64,000 nt of DNA, from positions 5,427 to 69,426 of IMG/VR virus record IMGVR_UViG_3300023181_000005; one strand, given 5' to 3'. The DNA comes from a virus. Shown one piece after another: positions 46,892 to 56,006 of this stretch (positions are counted from its first letter, which is position 1; every line of letters begins with the position of its first letter). The translations under genes and the position numbers were made by a program. The notes under the pieces were generated by a model. It was not told where the DNA came from, did not search any database, and saw only the letters and a list, made by a program, of their open reading frames with translations.

Positions 46892-48073
46892 CTAGACTTC
46901 TTTATCTGTGATGCTATCCGCCGCGACAAGTTCCATTGATGGGTTGCTAAGAGTCACAGCGCCATCAAGGATTGTGGCGACGGTTGACTCTAGGTCTTTA
47001 CCTTTCTTCTTGGTGGAAGCCTTTACAAGGTCCGTTACTGCGCTAATACCAATGCTGCATTCCTCCGTGAATGCGTCTGCCGTGACTCCTTGTGCTGCGG
47101 CGCGCTGAAACACGGCTTTTACATCTGAGATTGATCGCCTCCCTGCTTTTTGTTTGAGCACAAAAAATCGTTGGAACTCAGGATCATTTTCTGCTCTGGC
47201 TTTTGCTGCACCTTTAACAGCGTCAACATACCGTTCCACCATAGCCAAACCACGCACGGATGCGGCAAGTGATGCTGGAGTAACTTCCATGCAGCGGGCA
47301 AACATAGCGGCTCGTTGTGTCTTGCCATCCATGCCAGCAATTGACATTGGCTCCACAAGCTCAATGGATTGAAGGGTTATGTCGCGGAAAGCCGGGCATA
47401 CAGATTGGGCTTTGCAGTACTTGCAGTGATCGCCAGCACGTAGACTTGCTGGCGTAGCCTCTTCTGCTGTCCTCAGAGTCTCTAAAAGCCAGCGTTTAGC
47501 TCCCGCCAAGGCGGCCTCGTCATAATCGCATACAGTCGGCTTACCAGCCCACGGCTGAACAATAGCAACACGAACGGACGTAACCCCATGACGGCCAGCC
47601 ACCAAAACAGCAAGCGATGCCAATTGAGGGTTATTCAAAGCATCCGCAACCTCGCCTCGTCCAGTTTTCCAGTCAGCGCAAAAAGCTCGTTTACCCTCCA
47701 CAATTACCCAGTCGGCCTGTCCAGTAAAAATAAAAGCAGCCTTAGACTCGGGCGTAACATCCATCACCTTACCAAGAGCGGTAAGGCCAAGTCGCTTCTC
47801 TTTGTAAAGACCTGTTACTGGTTCTTCGCCCATCCACTCTTTGCGCAGTTCGATTTCTTGGGCTGCGCACATTTCTGCCGTAGTCATCTCGTCAGCCGTT
47901 AGCGTGTATTCATCGTCAATGCCAGCCAAGACATTGTGAATCCTAGTGCCGCTAGATGCCTCTGGGCTCTCTGGCGGCTCATGGCATTGAGCTTCCATTG
48001 CTGGAGACGCTGGGCAAGCCACAACACGATATAGCGAGCTTGCGCTAGGAACCCCTCTTCGCTCGTCGATCAT
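46892..48073 (-). CDS. PD-(D/E)xK exonuclease (DUF2800/Cas4-like)
   Basis: SASS...CP, GTRIH, GQAD...DWKTG, NPQL, GDHCKYCKA...CP. Confidence 0.85.
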   Translation of the reverse strand: MIDERRGVPSASSLYRVVACPASPAMEAQCHEPPESPEASSGTRIHNVLAGIDDEYTLTADEMTTAEMCAAQEIELRKEWMGEEPVTGLYKEKRLGLTALGKVMDVTPESKAAFIFTGQADWVIVEGKRAFCADWKTGRGEVADALNNPQLASLAVLVAGRHGVTSVRVAIVQPWAGKPTVCDYDEAALAGAKRWLLETLRTAEEATPASLRAGDHCKYCKAQSVCPAFRDITLQSIELVEPMSIAGMDGKTQRAAMFARCMEVTPASLAASVRGLAMVERYVDAVKGAAKARAENDPEFQRFFVLKQKAGRRSISDVKAVFQRAAAQGVTADAFTEECSIGISAVTDLVKASTKKKGKDLESTVATILDGAVTLSNPSMELVAADSITDKEV

Positions 48074-48888
48074 TGGTTGGCCTCCTTGCGGATAAGTTTC
48101 ACAATAGCATCCCAACTTGCGAAAATTTCTTCACGGTCGCGCTGGTTGGTATTGCCAAGAGTTTCTTGAGGTGACTCCATAATGCCATTATTTTGAGCAA
48201 CACGAAGAATCGCGCTTTCTTCCACACGATCACGCTCAAGAAGCTGATGTAGCGTACTCAAAGTAACTTCTCTGGCCTCAGAGACATCAAATAATGGCGC
48301 TTCAATCGCGGTAAATAAGCTGGACTGTGAAGCACTCGGTGGCGTCACATCCTGAGCCTTTGCCACACGTTCCGCCTCATCTTCATCGTAAATACCTGAG
48401 AAGCCAAAGGCGATACGCACCGCTTGGCAAAATGCCTTGTGACGAAGCATGCGATGCTCCATTTTCCATGGATCGGTATTGCGCTTGCACTCCTCCAGAT
48501 ATTCTGTGATGCGGATAGGGTGAGATCGGTCCTTGCGATGGACAATGCAAGTGCAAGCAATGAGCTTAGTTCCTGCGTGTTCCCACTCAAAATCTACGCC
48601 ATCCATCTGCGGATGCGAGTTTGCAAGGTTTGCCCATCCGTCAACGGATACTACAGGAACGATGCCGCCACCCTTTGCTGGGAATGCGTAAATCTCTTTT
48701 GTTAGTGGGTTGAGATTGTAGGAGTTGGCAACAATAACAAGTGCCTGCAACTCTTCATTATTTCGCGCTGCCGCAAAGACGGTGGCTTTGAGTGTTTCAA
48801 GTAGCTTGGCTGGGTCCGCATTGAAGCGGGCGGCCATGACGGCGAGGGGGGATGCTTTTTGCGCGGTGATGGTGGCTAATTGGCTCAT
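48070..48888 (-). CDS. bet: Bet/RecT ssDNA annealing recombinase
   Basis: LNPLTKEIYAFP...IVPVVSVDGW...EYLEEC...RMLRHKA..QAVRIAFGFSGIYDEDEAER. Confidence 0.92.
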   Translation of the reverse strand: MSQLATITAQKASPLAVMAARFNADPAKLLETLKATVFAAARNNEELQALVIVANSYNLNPLTKEIYAFPAKGGGIVPVVSVDGWANLANSHPQMDGVDFEWEHAGTKLIACTCIVHRKDRSHPIRITEYLEECKRNTDPWKMEHRMLRHKAFCQAVRIAFGFSGIYDEDEAERVAKAQDVTPPSASQSSLFTAIEAPLFDVSEAREVTLSTLHQLLERDRVEESAILRVAQNNGIMESPQETLGNTNQRDREEIFASWDAIVKLIRKEANQ

Positions 48889-48893
48889 AATAA

Positions 48894-49421
48894 TTATTTT
48901 TTTACCTTTATTTTCCTTGGGCGTTTGTTAGCCGCTTGTTCTTTACTGGTTGCCCAGCGACAGTTTTCTTTGCTGTATGGTCCGTCGTTGTTTATGCGGT
49001 CGATAGATAGATTTGAGGACGGACACTCACCCATATCCGCCAGGAAGTTCTCAAATGAGTTCCATCGCTCGCAAACGATGATTCCGCGTCCTCCGTAGCG
49101 TGAGAAATGAGGGACGTTTGGATTGTTGCAACGCTGGCGCATATCAACCCAAATTGTGAATGTTCTCGTTTGGCTAAGGCCGTGAGTGGTTCGCCGCTTA
49201 CTTACCATTTCTTTACGAAGACATCCGCAAGATTGCGTTTTATCCATGATGTCAGCACGGAAGGCAACAAAGTCTTTGCCGCAATCGCATTTGCAATTCC
49301 ATCGTACTTGAGTCTTGCCGCTGCGCATTTCATTAGAAGCGCGATTTTGAATCAATAATCGGCCAAATCATTGACCTGTTAAATCTCTTCTAACGCGTAC
49401 TTGGGCAGCTGATCGACTCAT
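48894..49421 (-). pseudogene. HNH homing endonuclease with in-frame TGA
   Basis: MSRS...RDLTGQ*FGRL (family consensus DLTGxRFGRL), stop at 49368-49370; then WNCKCDCG, SCGC, YGGRGI, SIDRINNDGPYSKENCRWAT. Confidence 0.8.
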
Positions 49422-49447
49422 AAAAATGTTTGCAGGTTAGGGGTTTA

Positions 49448-49675
49448 CTAGTTGCTCAGGGTGATCTTGCCGGTGAAGGGTTTCCATACTTCCGCGTTTG
49501 TTGCCGAAGTCCATTCAGTATCAAAATGAGACCCCATAGGATGCTTGATGGCAAGCCCTTGAAATTGAGAGATAAACAAAACAACCATTGTAGATGATGG
49601 ATCTTTGGTTGCCATCAGCACAGGATACTTCAACTCGGGCGATTGTTCTTCGGCGGGTGTGATTTCGATTTGCAT
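49448..49675 (-). CDS. Hypothetical protein
   Basis: 75 aa. Confidence 0.55.
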   Translation of the reverse strand: MQIEITPAEEQSPELKYPVLMATKDPSSTMVVLFISQFQGLAIKHPMGSHFDTEWTSATNAEVWKPFTGKITLSN

Positions 49676-49687
49676 GGTGGTGTTTGG

Positions 49688-49897
49688 TTAGGCTTTAGCG
49701 AGACGGCGATTCTTTTGATCTTCCGCATTAGCGAGGAGATGATTGACGTACGCTTGGTCAACTTTCATGCGGGCATCATGCAAAGCTCGGGTGGCTTTAC
49801 GTCGGCCCAAGATTGGGCGGCTGCTTCCGCTTAGTGCGAAATATCCAGCGCGTTTGTTTTTTGACAAAGTGACGGGTGATTTGGATGTGAGTCTCAT
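49688..49897 (-). CDS. Basic hypothetical protein
   Basis: First gene of the leftward operon. Confidence 0.5.
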   Translation of the reverse strand: MRLTSKSPVTLSKNKRAGYFALSGSSRPILGRRKATRALHDARMKVDQAYVNHLLANAEDQKNRRLAKA

Positions 49898-50028
49898 AAT
49901 GTTTTATTTCTCTCCAGCGTCTTGCTGGCGGTGTGATTATGCCAACAAATCGGAGGCTGTCTACAACAATCTGTTATTTTTTGTGTTATTTTGCTAGACT
50001 CTTTAACGGTCTGTGTTTTAATGCGCCT

Positions 50029-50187
50029 ATGTCCGCTCCTATAAAGCCACAAATCGTATTCAGAGTCACGCCCTCAACTCACAACAAACTCAAGGCTCAA
50101 GCCAAGAAGAATCAGCGATCTATTACAGCGGAAACTTCCGTGATCGTGGAGGCTCATTTCGCATCAAAAAAGACGGAAGGGAAATGA
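50029..50187 (+). CDS. Arc-like RHH repressor
   Basis: PQIVFRVTPSTHNKLKAQAKKNQRSITAE. Confidence 0.75.
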   Translation: MSAPIKPQIVFRVTPSTHNKLKAQAKKNQRSITAETSVIVEAHFASKKTEGK

Positions 50188-50190
50188 TTC

Positions 50191-50442
50191 ATGACTAGCC
50201 ACATCGGCCCTCGCCTCCGTGAACTCCGCATTCAATGCGGCCTCTCTCAAGGAGACCTAGCAATCAAGTCAGGAGTCAATCAAAACGCTATCAGCCACGC
50301 AGAGCGCAACGAATCAAGGCTACGTCCAGACAACTTCGCTCGCATCCTAACCGCGCTTGATTGCAGTCTCCTTTATTTCAATCGCACAATCGCAACCCCA
50401 GAAAACAAACTGACATGGAAACCACTGAGAAAGAAGAAGTGA
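50191..50442 (+). CDS. XRE-family HTH regulator
   Basis: IGPRLRELR...LSQGDLA..SGV....ISHAERN. Confidence 0.85.
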   Translation: MTSHIGPRLRELRIQCGLSQGDLAIKSGVNQNAISHAERNESRLRPDNFARILTALDCSLLYFNRTIATPENKLTWKPLRKKK

Positions 50443-50825
50443 AGTACACACTCCACAAGCCGGAAGGCTACCAGAAAGTCGCGCTGCCAGGACTCACGAA
50501 ATGGGTTCAGGCATTGCGCTCAGGGAACTATCAGCAAGGCACAGGCTCGCTGCATGAGAACGGGCAGTATTGCTGCCTCGGAGTGCTTTGCGAGACTCAG
50601 GGGAGGTTGGTTGGCGGTTCGGACGGCGGAGAAACACGGACTAGATTGCATGTTAAAAACCCGCTATATGCCACCCTGTCTGGATGTGGATCTTTACCGT
50701 ATGTAATTACGGTATCCATTAGTGGTGGACACCATTACAGGCAATTAACATACCTCAACGACACCCTCCACCTCACATTCCCCCAAATCGCAGACATCTT
50801 GGAGGAGGTTTATTTCGAGCCGTGA
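50415..50825 (+). CDS. Conserved phage hypothetical protein
   Basis: KWVQALRSGNYQQG...YCCLGVLC...LND...TFPQIAD. Confidence 0.7.
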   Translation: METTEKEEVKYTLHKPEGYQKVALPGLTKWVQALRSGNYQQGTGSLHENGQYCCLGVLCETQGRLVGGSDGGETRTRLHVKNPLYATLSGCGSLPYVITVSISGGHHYRQLTYLNDTLHLTFPQIADILEEVYFEP

Positions 50826-50979
50826 TCCTCTTCCCCGGCATCGAAGCAGACGAGGATGAGCCTACAGAGCATCCGACGCACAGGCTAACCGAGCGATATG
50901 CTAGGATGATGGAGGAGGATTTGATGGAGATTCAGAAGAAACAAATAGAACAAGCAAAAGTAGAAAATAAATCAGTATC

Positions 50980-51270
50980 ATGAAAGCATTTACAACAATC
51001 TTAAGCGGACTAATTATCGCTCCCTTGTCAGCCATTTGGAATGGCTACGTTATCTCAATTATCTGGCGGTGGTTTATGGTGACAACCTTCAATCTTTCAC
51101 CTTTGAATATCCCACAGTCAATTGGCTTGGCTCTTATAGTGGGGTATCTCTCCCATCAAGAAATTGATCAGAAGGAACATGAATACCCTCTCATTAGAGC
51201 CGTTGTCATAACGCTCGTTAAGGGTGGATGTACTCTTTTGATTGGCGCAATCGTTAAGGGCTTTCTGTGA
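50980..51270 (+). CDS. Membrane protein
   Basis: Three hydrophobic segments. Confidence 0.6.
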   Translation: MKAFTTILSGLIIAPLSAIWNGYVISIIWRWFMVTTFNLSPLNIPQSIGLALIVGYLSHQEIDQKEHEYPLIRAVVITLVKGGCTLLIGAIVKGFL

Positions 51271-51302
51271 GTCTTGAAACCACGAACAAATAGAACAAAC
51301 AC

Positions 51303-51542
51303 ATGACAGCATACATTACCAAATACGCCCTATCTCAAGGTATTCTTGAGATGGAAGTTAAGGAGACTGGCGGTCCAGCAATGGTGGAAGGTAAAATCAA
51401 TGGTTACACCGTATACTTCCATGGAAGTAATTGGCACCTAGACCGAGAAGAAGCTGTGGCTCAGGCTGAGAAAATGCGCCTCTTAAAGATCAAGAGCCTT
51501 AACAAATCACTCGCAAAGATGGAGAAACTCAAATTCGTATGA
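51303..51542 (+). CDS. Conserved phage hypothetical protein
   Basis: YITKYALSQGI...WH..REEA...AEKMR..KIKSL. Confidence 0.65.
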   Translation: MTAYITKYALSQGILEMEVKETGGPAMVEGKINGYTVYFHGSNWHLDREEAVAQAEKMRLLKIKSLNKSLAKMEKLKFV

Positions 51543-52717
51543 ACCAGATTACAGCCCCAGACTGGCTTCCCTTCGTGGAGGCACTCGCAAACAAGAAGTT
51601 CGTCCTCAAGAGGGACGGTGACGGACGTTTTAAGAACTTTGGAGAATACAAGTGGGATGGAGACCCGAAAGACTACATGATTTCAGATACCGATCCAGAT
51701 GCGCCACAAGAGCCCGAGCCTGTAAAGTCAGCGGGGCAGGTTTTAGCCGACTTTGAAATCAAGGAGTGCGATGGTGTCGATTGCAGTATTCATGCCGCTA
51801 TCGTTGATGTTCTAATGTCTGGTCCACACAAGCTGGATTACACGGAGGCTGATTACCGAGCAACGCAACTTTGTGAGTCAGTCTCTCAAGAGATCATCGT
51901 CAACCACGAAGCCAGTAAGGCGATAGAATCCCCAGTTGTGAATGACGCCAAAGTCACCATTAAATTTCCAGCGCAAGCTATTGGTGACGGAACAAGGTTA
52001 GGTCGTGCATCAGTATTTGCTCGCGGATGGAATGGGTTCCGTCAAGAAATTCTCAAGCTCAATCCTGATATTATTGAGCGGCCTGAGTGCCTTGCGAATT
52101 ACCATGAGTACCAAGGAGATTTGGAGCATGACTCCAATTCTGATGTGACAAACCACACCCAAGCCTACCGCGATCTCATCCCTGGGGTTGATACTTGGCA
52201 GGAGGGTGATGAGTGTGAGTATGACAAAGGCGATTGGCATCCTGTATATGAAGGACGTGTAGGGCTAAAGCTGGCACTGGTAGCAAGAGGCCGTCGCAAA
52301 GTCTCAGCGCCTACGGTTGAGACGCCCTGGACCCCTCCACCGCCACCCCCAGGCCGTGAATGGCATAAACCCATCAGGGAGTGCTTTGTGGACGGCAAGC
52401 GGGCGCTGTTGGTTGGGGAGACTACAGCCTCAAATGACACGGAGGCTTGGCAGTCCCCATTCCAAGAGAGTGAGGGGTATTGGGTGGACTCCTGCTTTAC
52501 TCACACTATCACACCGAATGATGACTCCACCTCACTCCGCACAACTCGGCCAATTCCAACCACGCTCGTTCCCCTCGGGAATGAGGATGTGGTCTCTGCA
52601 CCTGAAATGGCATCAAAGACCGTCAGGATTTTAGGCATTGATCAAAACGACTATCCTGTTCAGCTATACGCTAAAATGCAGCCAAACGGCCATTGGACAC
52701 CAATTGAAACCCCATGA
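51539..52717 (+). CDS. Mosaic hypothetical protein
   Basis: 392 aa; contains a DTWQEGDE module (compare 24518-24829) and WTPPPPPPGREWH. Confidence 0.6.
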   Translation: MNQITAPDWLPFVEALANKKFVLKRDGDGRFKNFGEYKWDGDPKDYMISDTDPDAPQEPEPVKSAGQVLADFEIKECDGVDCSIHAAIVDVLMSGPHKLDYTEADYRATQLCESVSQEIIVNHEASKAIESPVVNDAKVTIKFPAQAIGDGTRLGRASVFARGWNGFRQEILKLNPDIIERPECLANYHEYQGDLEHDSNSDVTNHTQAYRDLIPGVDTWQEGDECEYDKGDWHPVYEGRVGLKLALVARGRRKVSAPTVETPWTPPPPPPGREWHKPIRECFVDGKRALLVGETTASNDTEAWQSPFQESEGYWVDSCFTHTITPNDDSTSLRTTRPIPTTLVPLGNEDVVSAPEMASKTVRILGIDQNDYPVQLYAKMQPNGHWTPIETP

Positions 52718-52814
52718 CCCTCCACGAACTCCTTAATGCCGCCTCAGTGCTCGTCAGCGCGGGCCTCCTGTGGATTGTATGGCATGGCGTAAACTGTTAG
52801 CCACAACGGCTAGC

Positions 52815-52856
52815 AAGGGCCGCGTTGACCAGAGGGTTGCGCGGCCCTTTGTTTTT
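52815..52856 (+). terminator. Intrinsic terminator
   Basis: AAGGGCCGCG...CGCGGCCCTT followed by TGTTTTT. Confidence 0.7.
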
Positions 52857-53101
52857 CTGGTTGCGGTTTGCTTGACGATATGCAAACCTCACATTCAAAC
52901 GCGGTTCTGGTGTACTTATCGCACATCTCCGACAAGGGGAAAGGCTTGGTGAAACTCCAAGGAGCCGCTCCAATTCCTCCGGCTTGCGTCCATCCTTCGA
53001 GCTTAGCTCGGTCACTTGAGCTTCGGGGCGCAGGTCGTGGCTCTGTCCAGAAAACGCCATTTCTGATACATGTGGGGAGGGATGTGTATAGTTTTGATAT
53101 G

Positions 53102-53136
53102 TGAGACTGATGCCATATCAGGATTACTGCCCCTTT
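53102..53136 (+). other. ColE2-type origin-like sequence overlapping the rep stop codon
   Basis: TGAGACTGATGCCATATCAGGATTACTGCCCCTTT resembles the ColE2-P9 ori as I recall it (TGAGAC...TATCAGATAAC.GCGCCCTTT), with a CTGAT/ATCAG inverted repeat. Confidence 0.5.
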
Positions 53137-54029
53137 GCCAGATTGCGATACCAAGTAGCTTTGGACACCCCAGCCAGCACCCAAGGTTTAGGGGAGGCGT
53201 CAGGAACGTGGCCCATCCATCGCAGTTGAGCCCTTCGCTTCTGTAAGGCGGAGAACTTTGTCAGCGTGAACTCGTCCCAGACCCAACTCGCGACTGACCG
53301 GCAAATACTGCGGACCTCTGGATAGGTAAGCTGGGCGGAAAACGTGGCATTCACTCCACTGGCAACACCTTCCAAGGAAGATTGGAATTGCTGTAACGAT
53401 ATTCCAGCTTTTTTAGCTTTTAGAACCTCTCGATAAGCGTAGGACCGAACAGAGTCAAACATTGTGCAGTTGCGCCCCATTGAGGATTCCTCAAACCGGG
53501 GCATCCAACGCTTGTCATTTTTGGTCAGACAATCATTTAGCGAATCGAGCCTGTGTGGCCGTGTCGCCATCCAGGCCGTCTCCCAACATGGAGCGAGTGG
53601 GTTTTTAGTCAGCCACCCACAGTAGCTCATATCGGCACCCAACCGGCGAGTCATGCCACGCTTTACATCGTAAAGGAACCTGAGCGCCTTCTGGCTGGAT
53701 GTGGAATAGGAAAGGACTGGCGTATCAAGTAGGTAAGCCGCATGACCGTGGCCGTTAGCAGGATTCAGCGCAATGTACGTTGGCGGAGGACAATCGCCCG
53801 TCTCATGGGCTGTAAACGACTGAGGCGAGTCAATGTCGAATGTCAGCCAAGTGTAGTTCTCCTTCCGATTAGGAGTGAGGTGAGCATACCCAATCGCCTT
53901 CTCGGCAGACATCTGAATCGGGTTGGACCCTATTCGATTCGTGCAATATGGCCTGTGTGGCAGCGAAAGAACGTAACTGGACTTGTCAACTAGGCGTGGA
54001 CATGGTACAACTTCTGGGAGCTTCTGCAT
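53124..54029 (-). CDS. ColE2-type Rep (Replicase + PriCT-1 + HTH) primase/initiator
   Basis: LPHRPYCT, WLTFDID, PPPT....NPANGHGH, ADMSY.GWLTKNP, GRNCTMFD, EVRSICRSVASW, KPWVLAGVSKATWYR. Confidence 0.92.
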   Translation of the reverse strand: MQKLPEVVPCPRLVDKSSYVLSLPHRPYCTNRIGSNPIQMSAEKAIGYAHLTPNRKENYTWLTFDIDSPQSFTAHETGDCPPPTYIALNPANGHGHAAYLLDTPVLSYSTSSQKALRFLYDVKRGMTRRLGADMSYCGWLTKNPLAPCWETAWMATRPHRLDSLNDCLTKNDKRWMPRFEESSMGRNCTMFDSVRSYAYREVLKAKKAGISLQQFQSSLEGVASGVNATFSAQLTYPEVRSICRSVASWVWDEFTLTKFSALQKRRAQLRWMGHVPDASPKPWVLAGVSKATWYRNLAKGQ

Positions 54030-54188
54030 GGTGAGATCATGTGGGGGTTAGACGCCGCCTTGGAACTTCAGATTCCATTGGCGGCGTTGTCATGTAGCAC
54101 AGGCAGCATCCGTGCGCTAGGGAAAACAACCCCAACCTATTTCTGCATTTTAGCTTGCAAGCAAGTAGCAATGCTGCATACTCCGCCC

Positions 54189-54473
54189 ATGGCTACCCAT
54201 AAATTCTACCTCCCTCGCGGATCGGAAATTAAAGTTAACGGCATTCCCTGCTCAGTCGTGGACTCCTCTCTTGTCGAAAGCGGCTGCACTCCTGAGTTCA
54301 TCTTTAAGGATGCTGAAATCCCGTGGAGTCCAGCAACCGGCAAGCAGGATGGCGGCATTCAAAGCGGCGGCGGTAAAGCGCGGGCCAAGAAGCTCACCAA
54401 GTCACAGCGCAAGGAGATCGCAAGCAAAGCCGGGAAGGCGAGTCAGGCGAAGAAGAGGGCGGGGAAAGTTTAA
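54189..54473 (+). CDS. Small basic protein with GGKARA..L...RKEIA motif (leaderless)
   Basis: GGGKARAKKLTKSQRKEIASKAGKA; preceded by TTGCAA-N16-CATACT-N6-ATG. Confidence 0.65.
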   Translation: MATHKFYLPRGSEIKVNGIPCSVVDSSLVESGCTPEFIFKDAEIPWSPATGKQDGGIQSGGGKARAKKLTKSQRKEIASKAGKASQAKKRAGKV

Positions 54474-54484
54474 CTAACATCCAT

Positions 54485-54820
54485 ATGGACGACAAAGAAT
54501 TACCAAAGCGCAAATGGGTGTACTTAATGCAGCCAATGGATTACGAGATGTCTCCATGTCCATGCGGCAACACTGATATTGATTGGTCGGAATACGAGAA
54601 GCATCTTTGGTGTCCCAAGTGCGAGAAAGACTTTATCCCTGAGTTTAGTGGCCCCTTCGACGGCCCGATTGGAGTGAATTTATGTAAAATGATAGGCATA
54701 ACATTTGATCGCTTTAACTTAGAAAGTCAGACCGTTGAAGAGTTCACGGAAGTTAAGCGTGGTGAGTGGGATTGGGTTCCATCGCCAACCCCCAGCAGTG
54801 ATGCCGAGAACCCTTGTTGA
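54485..54820 (+). CDS. Zn-ribbon hypothetical protein
   Basis: CPCG...WSEY..HLWCPKC. Confidence 0.6.
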   Translation: MDDKELPKRKWVYLMQPMDYEMSPCPCGNTDIDWSEYEKHLWCPKCEKDFIPEFSGPFDGPIGVNLCKMIGITFDRFNLESQTVEEFTEVKRGEWDWVPSPTPSSDAENPC

Positions 54821-54828
54821 TTGATTTT

Positions 54829-55140
54829 ATGACACACTACCTTAAAACAGACAAAGATGTATGGCTCGCAGTCTTTAACCTGGAGAAGACTTTTGAGATC
54901 CGTAAAAACGACCGCAACTTTCAAGTAGATGATGTGCTTGTATTACGCCCAACAAGGCACACTGGCGCAGAGATGGCGAATGGGGAGCCATTGGAGTATC
55001 TACCTCAAGAGCCCATCCATGCGATTGTGATTTATATTCTCAATGGGCCAATTTACGGACTCGCTGAAGGATGGTGTATTATGTCTATCAACACCCTAGT
55101 AAGCGTTGAGTACCAAGAACCAACCCCCACAGCAACCTAA
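54829..55140 (+). CDS. ASCH/DUF3850 domain protein
   Basis: HYLKT...KTFEIRKNDRNFQVDD...GWCIMSI. Confidence 0.85.
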   Translation: MTHYLKTDKDVWLAVFNLEKTFEIRKNDRNFQVDDVLVLRPTRHTGAEMANGEPLEYLPQEPIHAIVIYILNGPIYGLAEGWCIMSINTLVSVEYQEPTPTAT

Positions 55141-55144
55141 CGAT

Positions 55145-55369
55145 ATGAATAATCCAATTGGCCTACAATGCGAGCATCCAAACTGCGGTGCATCAGAGGA
55201 AGTTATCGACTTCCTTCCACTCCCTGAAGACGAAGAAGATGGATGGGAGAGCGAGCCGGTGGCGCTTTGTCCACTTCATTGCGAGGGCAGAATCCCCGTG
55301 CCAGCAAAAGACCCGGCATTATGCCATCGTGGCGTTGTGGGAGGGGCAACTGGGCTTACTTCTCCATAA
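55145..55369 (+). CDS. Small Cys-rich protein
   Basis: CEHPNC...LCPLH. Confidence 0.45.
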   Translation: MNNPIGLQCEHPNCGASEEVIDFLPLPEDEEDGWESEPVALCPLHCEGRIPVPAKDPALCHRGVVGGATGLTSP

Positions 55370-55399
55370 CCCCATGTTCAACCCCTTCAAACGCGAGGA

Positions 55400-55957
55400 A
55401 TGAAAAGCCACCCCAACGCCAATTACGTCAGCAATGATGATGTGCAGACGCCGCCCGAGCTTGCGCTTGGAATCATGCGTCACTTCAAGCCATCTGGTAT
55501 ATTTTTTGAGCCATGCAAGGGGGATGGGGCTTTCATTAAAGCCCTTGGTCGTTGGCAGGCAAGCGCCACCAAAGAGGGCGAATCCTCGCCCGTGCAACGT
55601 ACTGAGTGGAGCGAAATTAAAGAAGGTCGTGATTTCTTAAATCCTCACTACTATGTCATCAAGGCAGACTGGCTCATTACGAACCCGCCCTGGTCAAAAG
55701 TTCGCGAGTTCCTGCAACGCTCCATGCAGATTGCCGACAACATCGTCTTCCTTATGACAGTCAACCACTGCTGGACGAAGGCCCGTGTGCGCGATGTAAA
55801 GGAAGCTGGCTTTGGACTCAAAGAGATCCTGCTGTGCGACATGCCGAAAGAGTTTCCGCAGAGCGGATTTCAACTCGGGGCAATGCACTGGCAACGAGGC
55901 TGGAAGGGCGATATTAAACTTTCGTCGTTAGAGACGCCCAGTAAAATCCACGTTTGA
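55400..55957 (+). CDS. DNA amino-methyltransferase (N6-adenine type, minimal)
   Basis: DDVQTP, FEPCKGDGAF (motif I), ITNPPW (motif IV). Confidence 0.85.
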   Translation: MKSHPNANYVSNDDVQTPPELALGIMRHFKPSGIFFEPCKGDGAFIKALGRWQASATKEGESSPVQRTEWSEIKEGRDFLNPHYYVIKADWLITNPPWSKVREFLQRSMQIADNIVFLMTVNHCWTKARVRDVKEAGFGLKEILLCDMPKEFPQSGFQLGAMHWQRGWKGDIKLSSLETPSKIHV

Positions 55958-56006
55958 ATGAAATATGATCTTGCCAACAACTAAAGTGTAATCTAAATAG
56001 CAGCCT

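Noticed and set aside
46892-48073. Cas4-like nuclease as a sign of CRISPR-Cas
   Set aside because: It sits in a Bet/SSB recombination module; I saw no repeat-spacer array or other cas gene in the window.
49368-49370. TGA stop-codon reassignment
   Set aside because: Many genes end in TGA with ATGA overlaps and long genes have no internal stops, so this is a point mutation.
54189-54473. IS1595-type element suggested by the GGKARA-motif protein
   Set aside because: No DDE transposase or terminal inverted repeats nearby.
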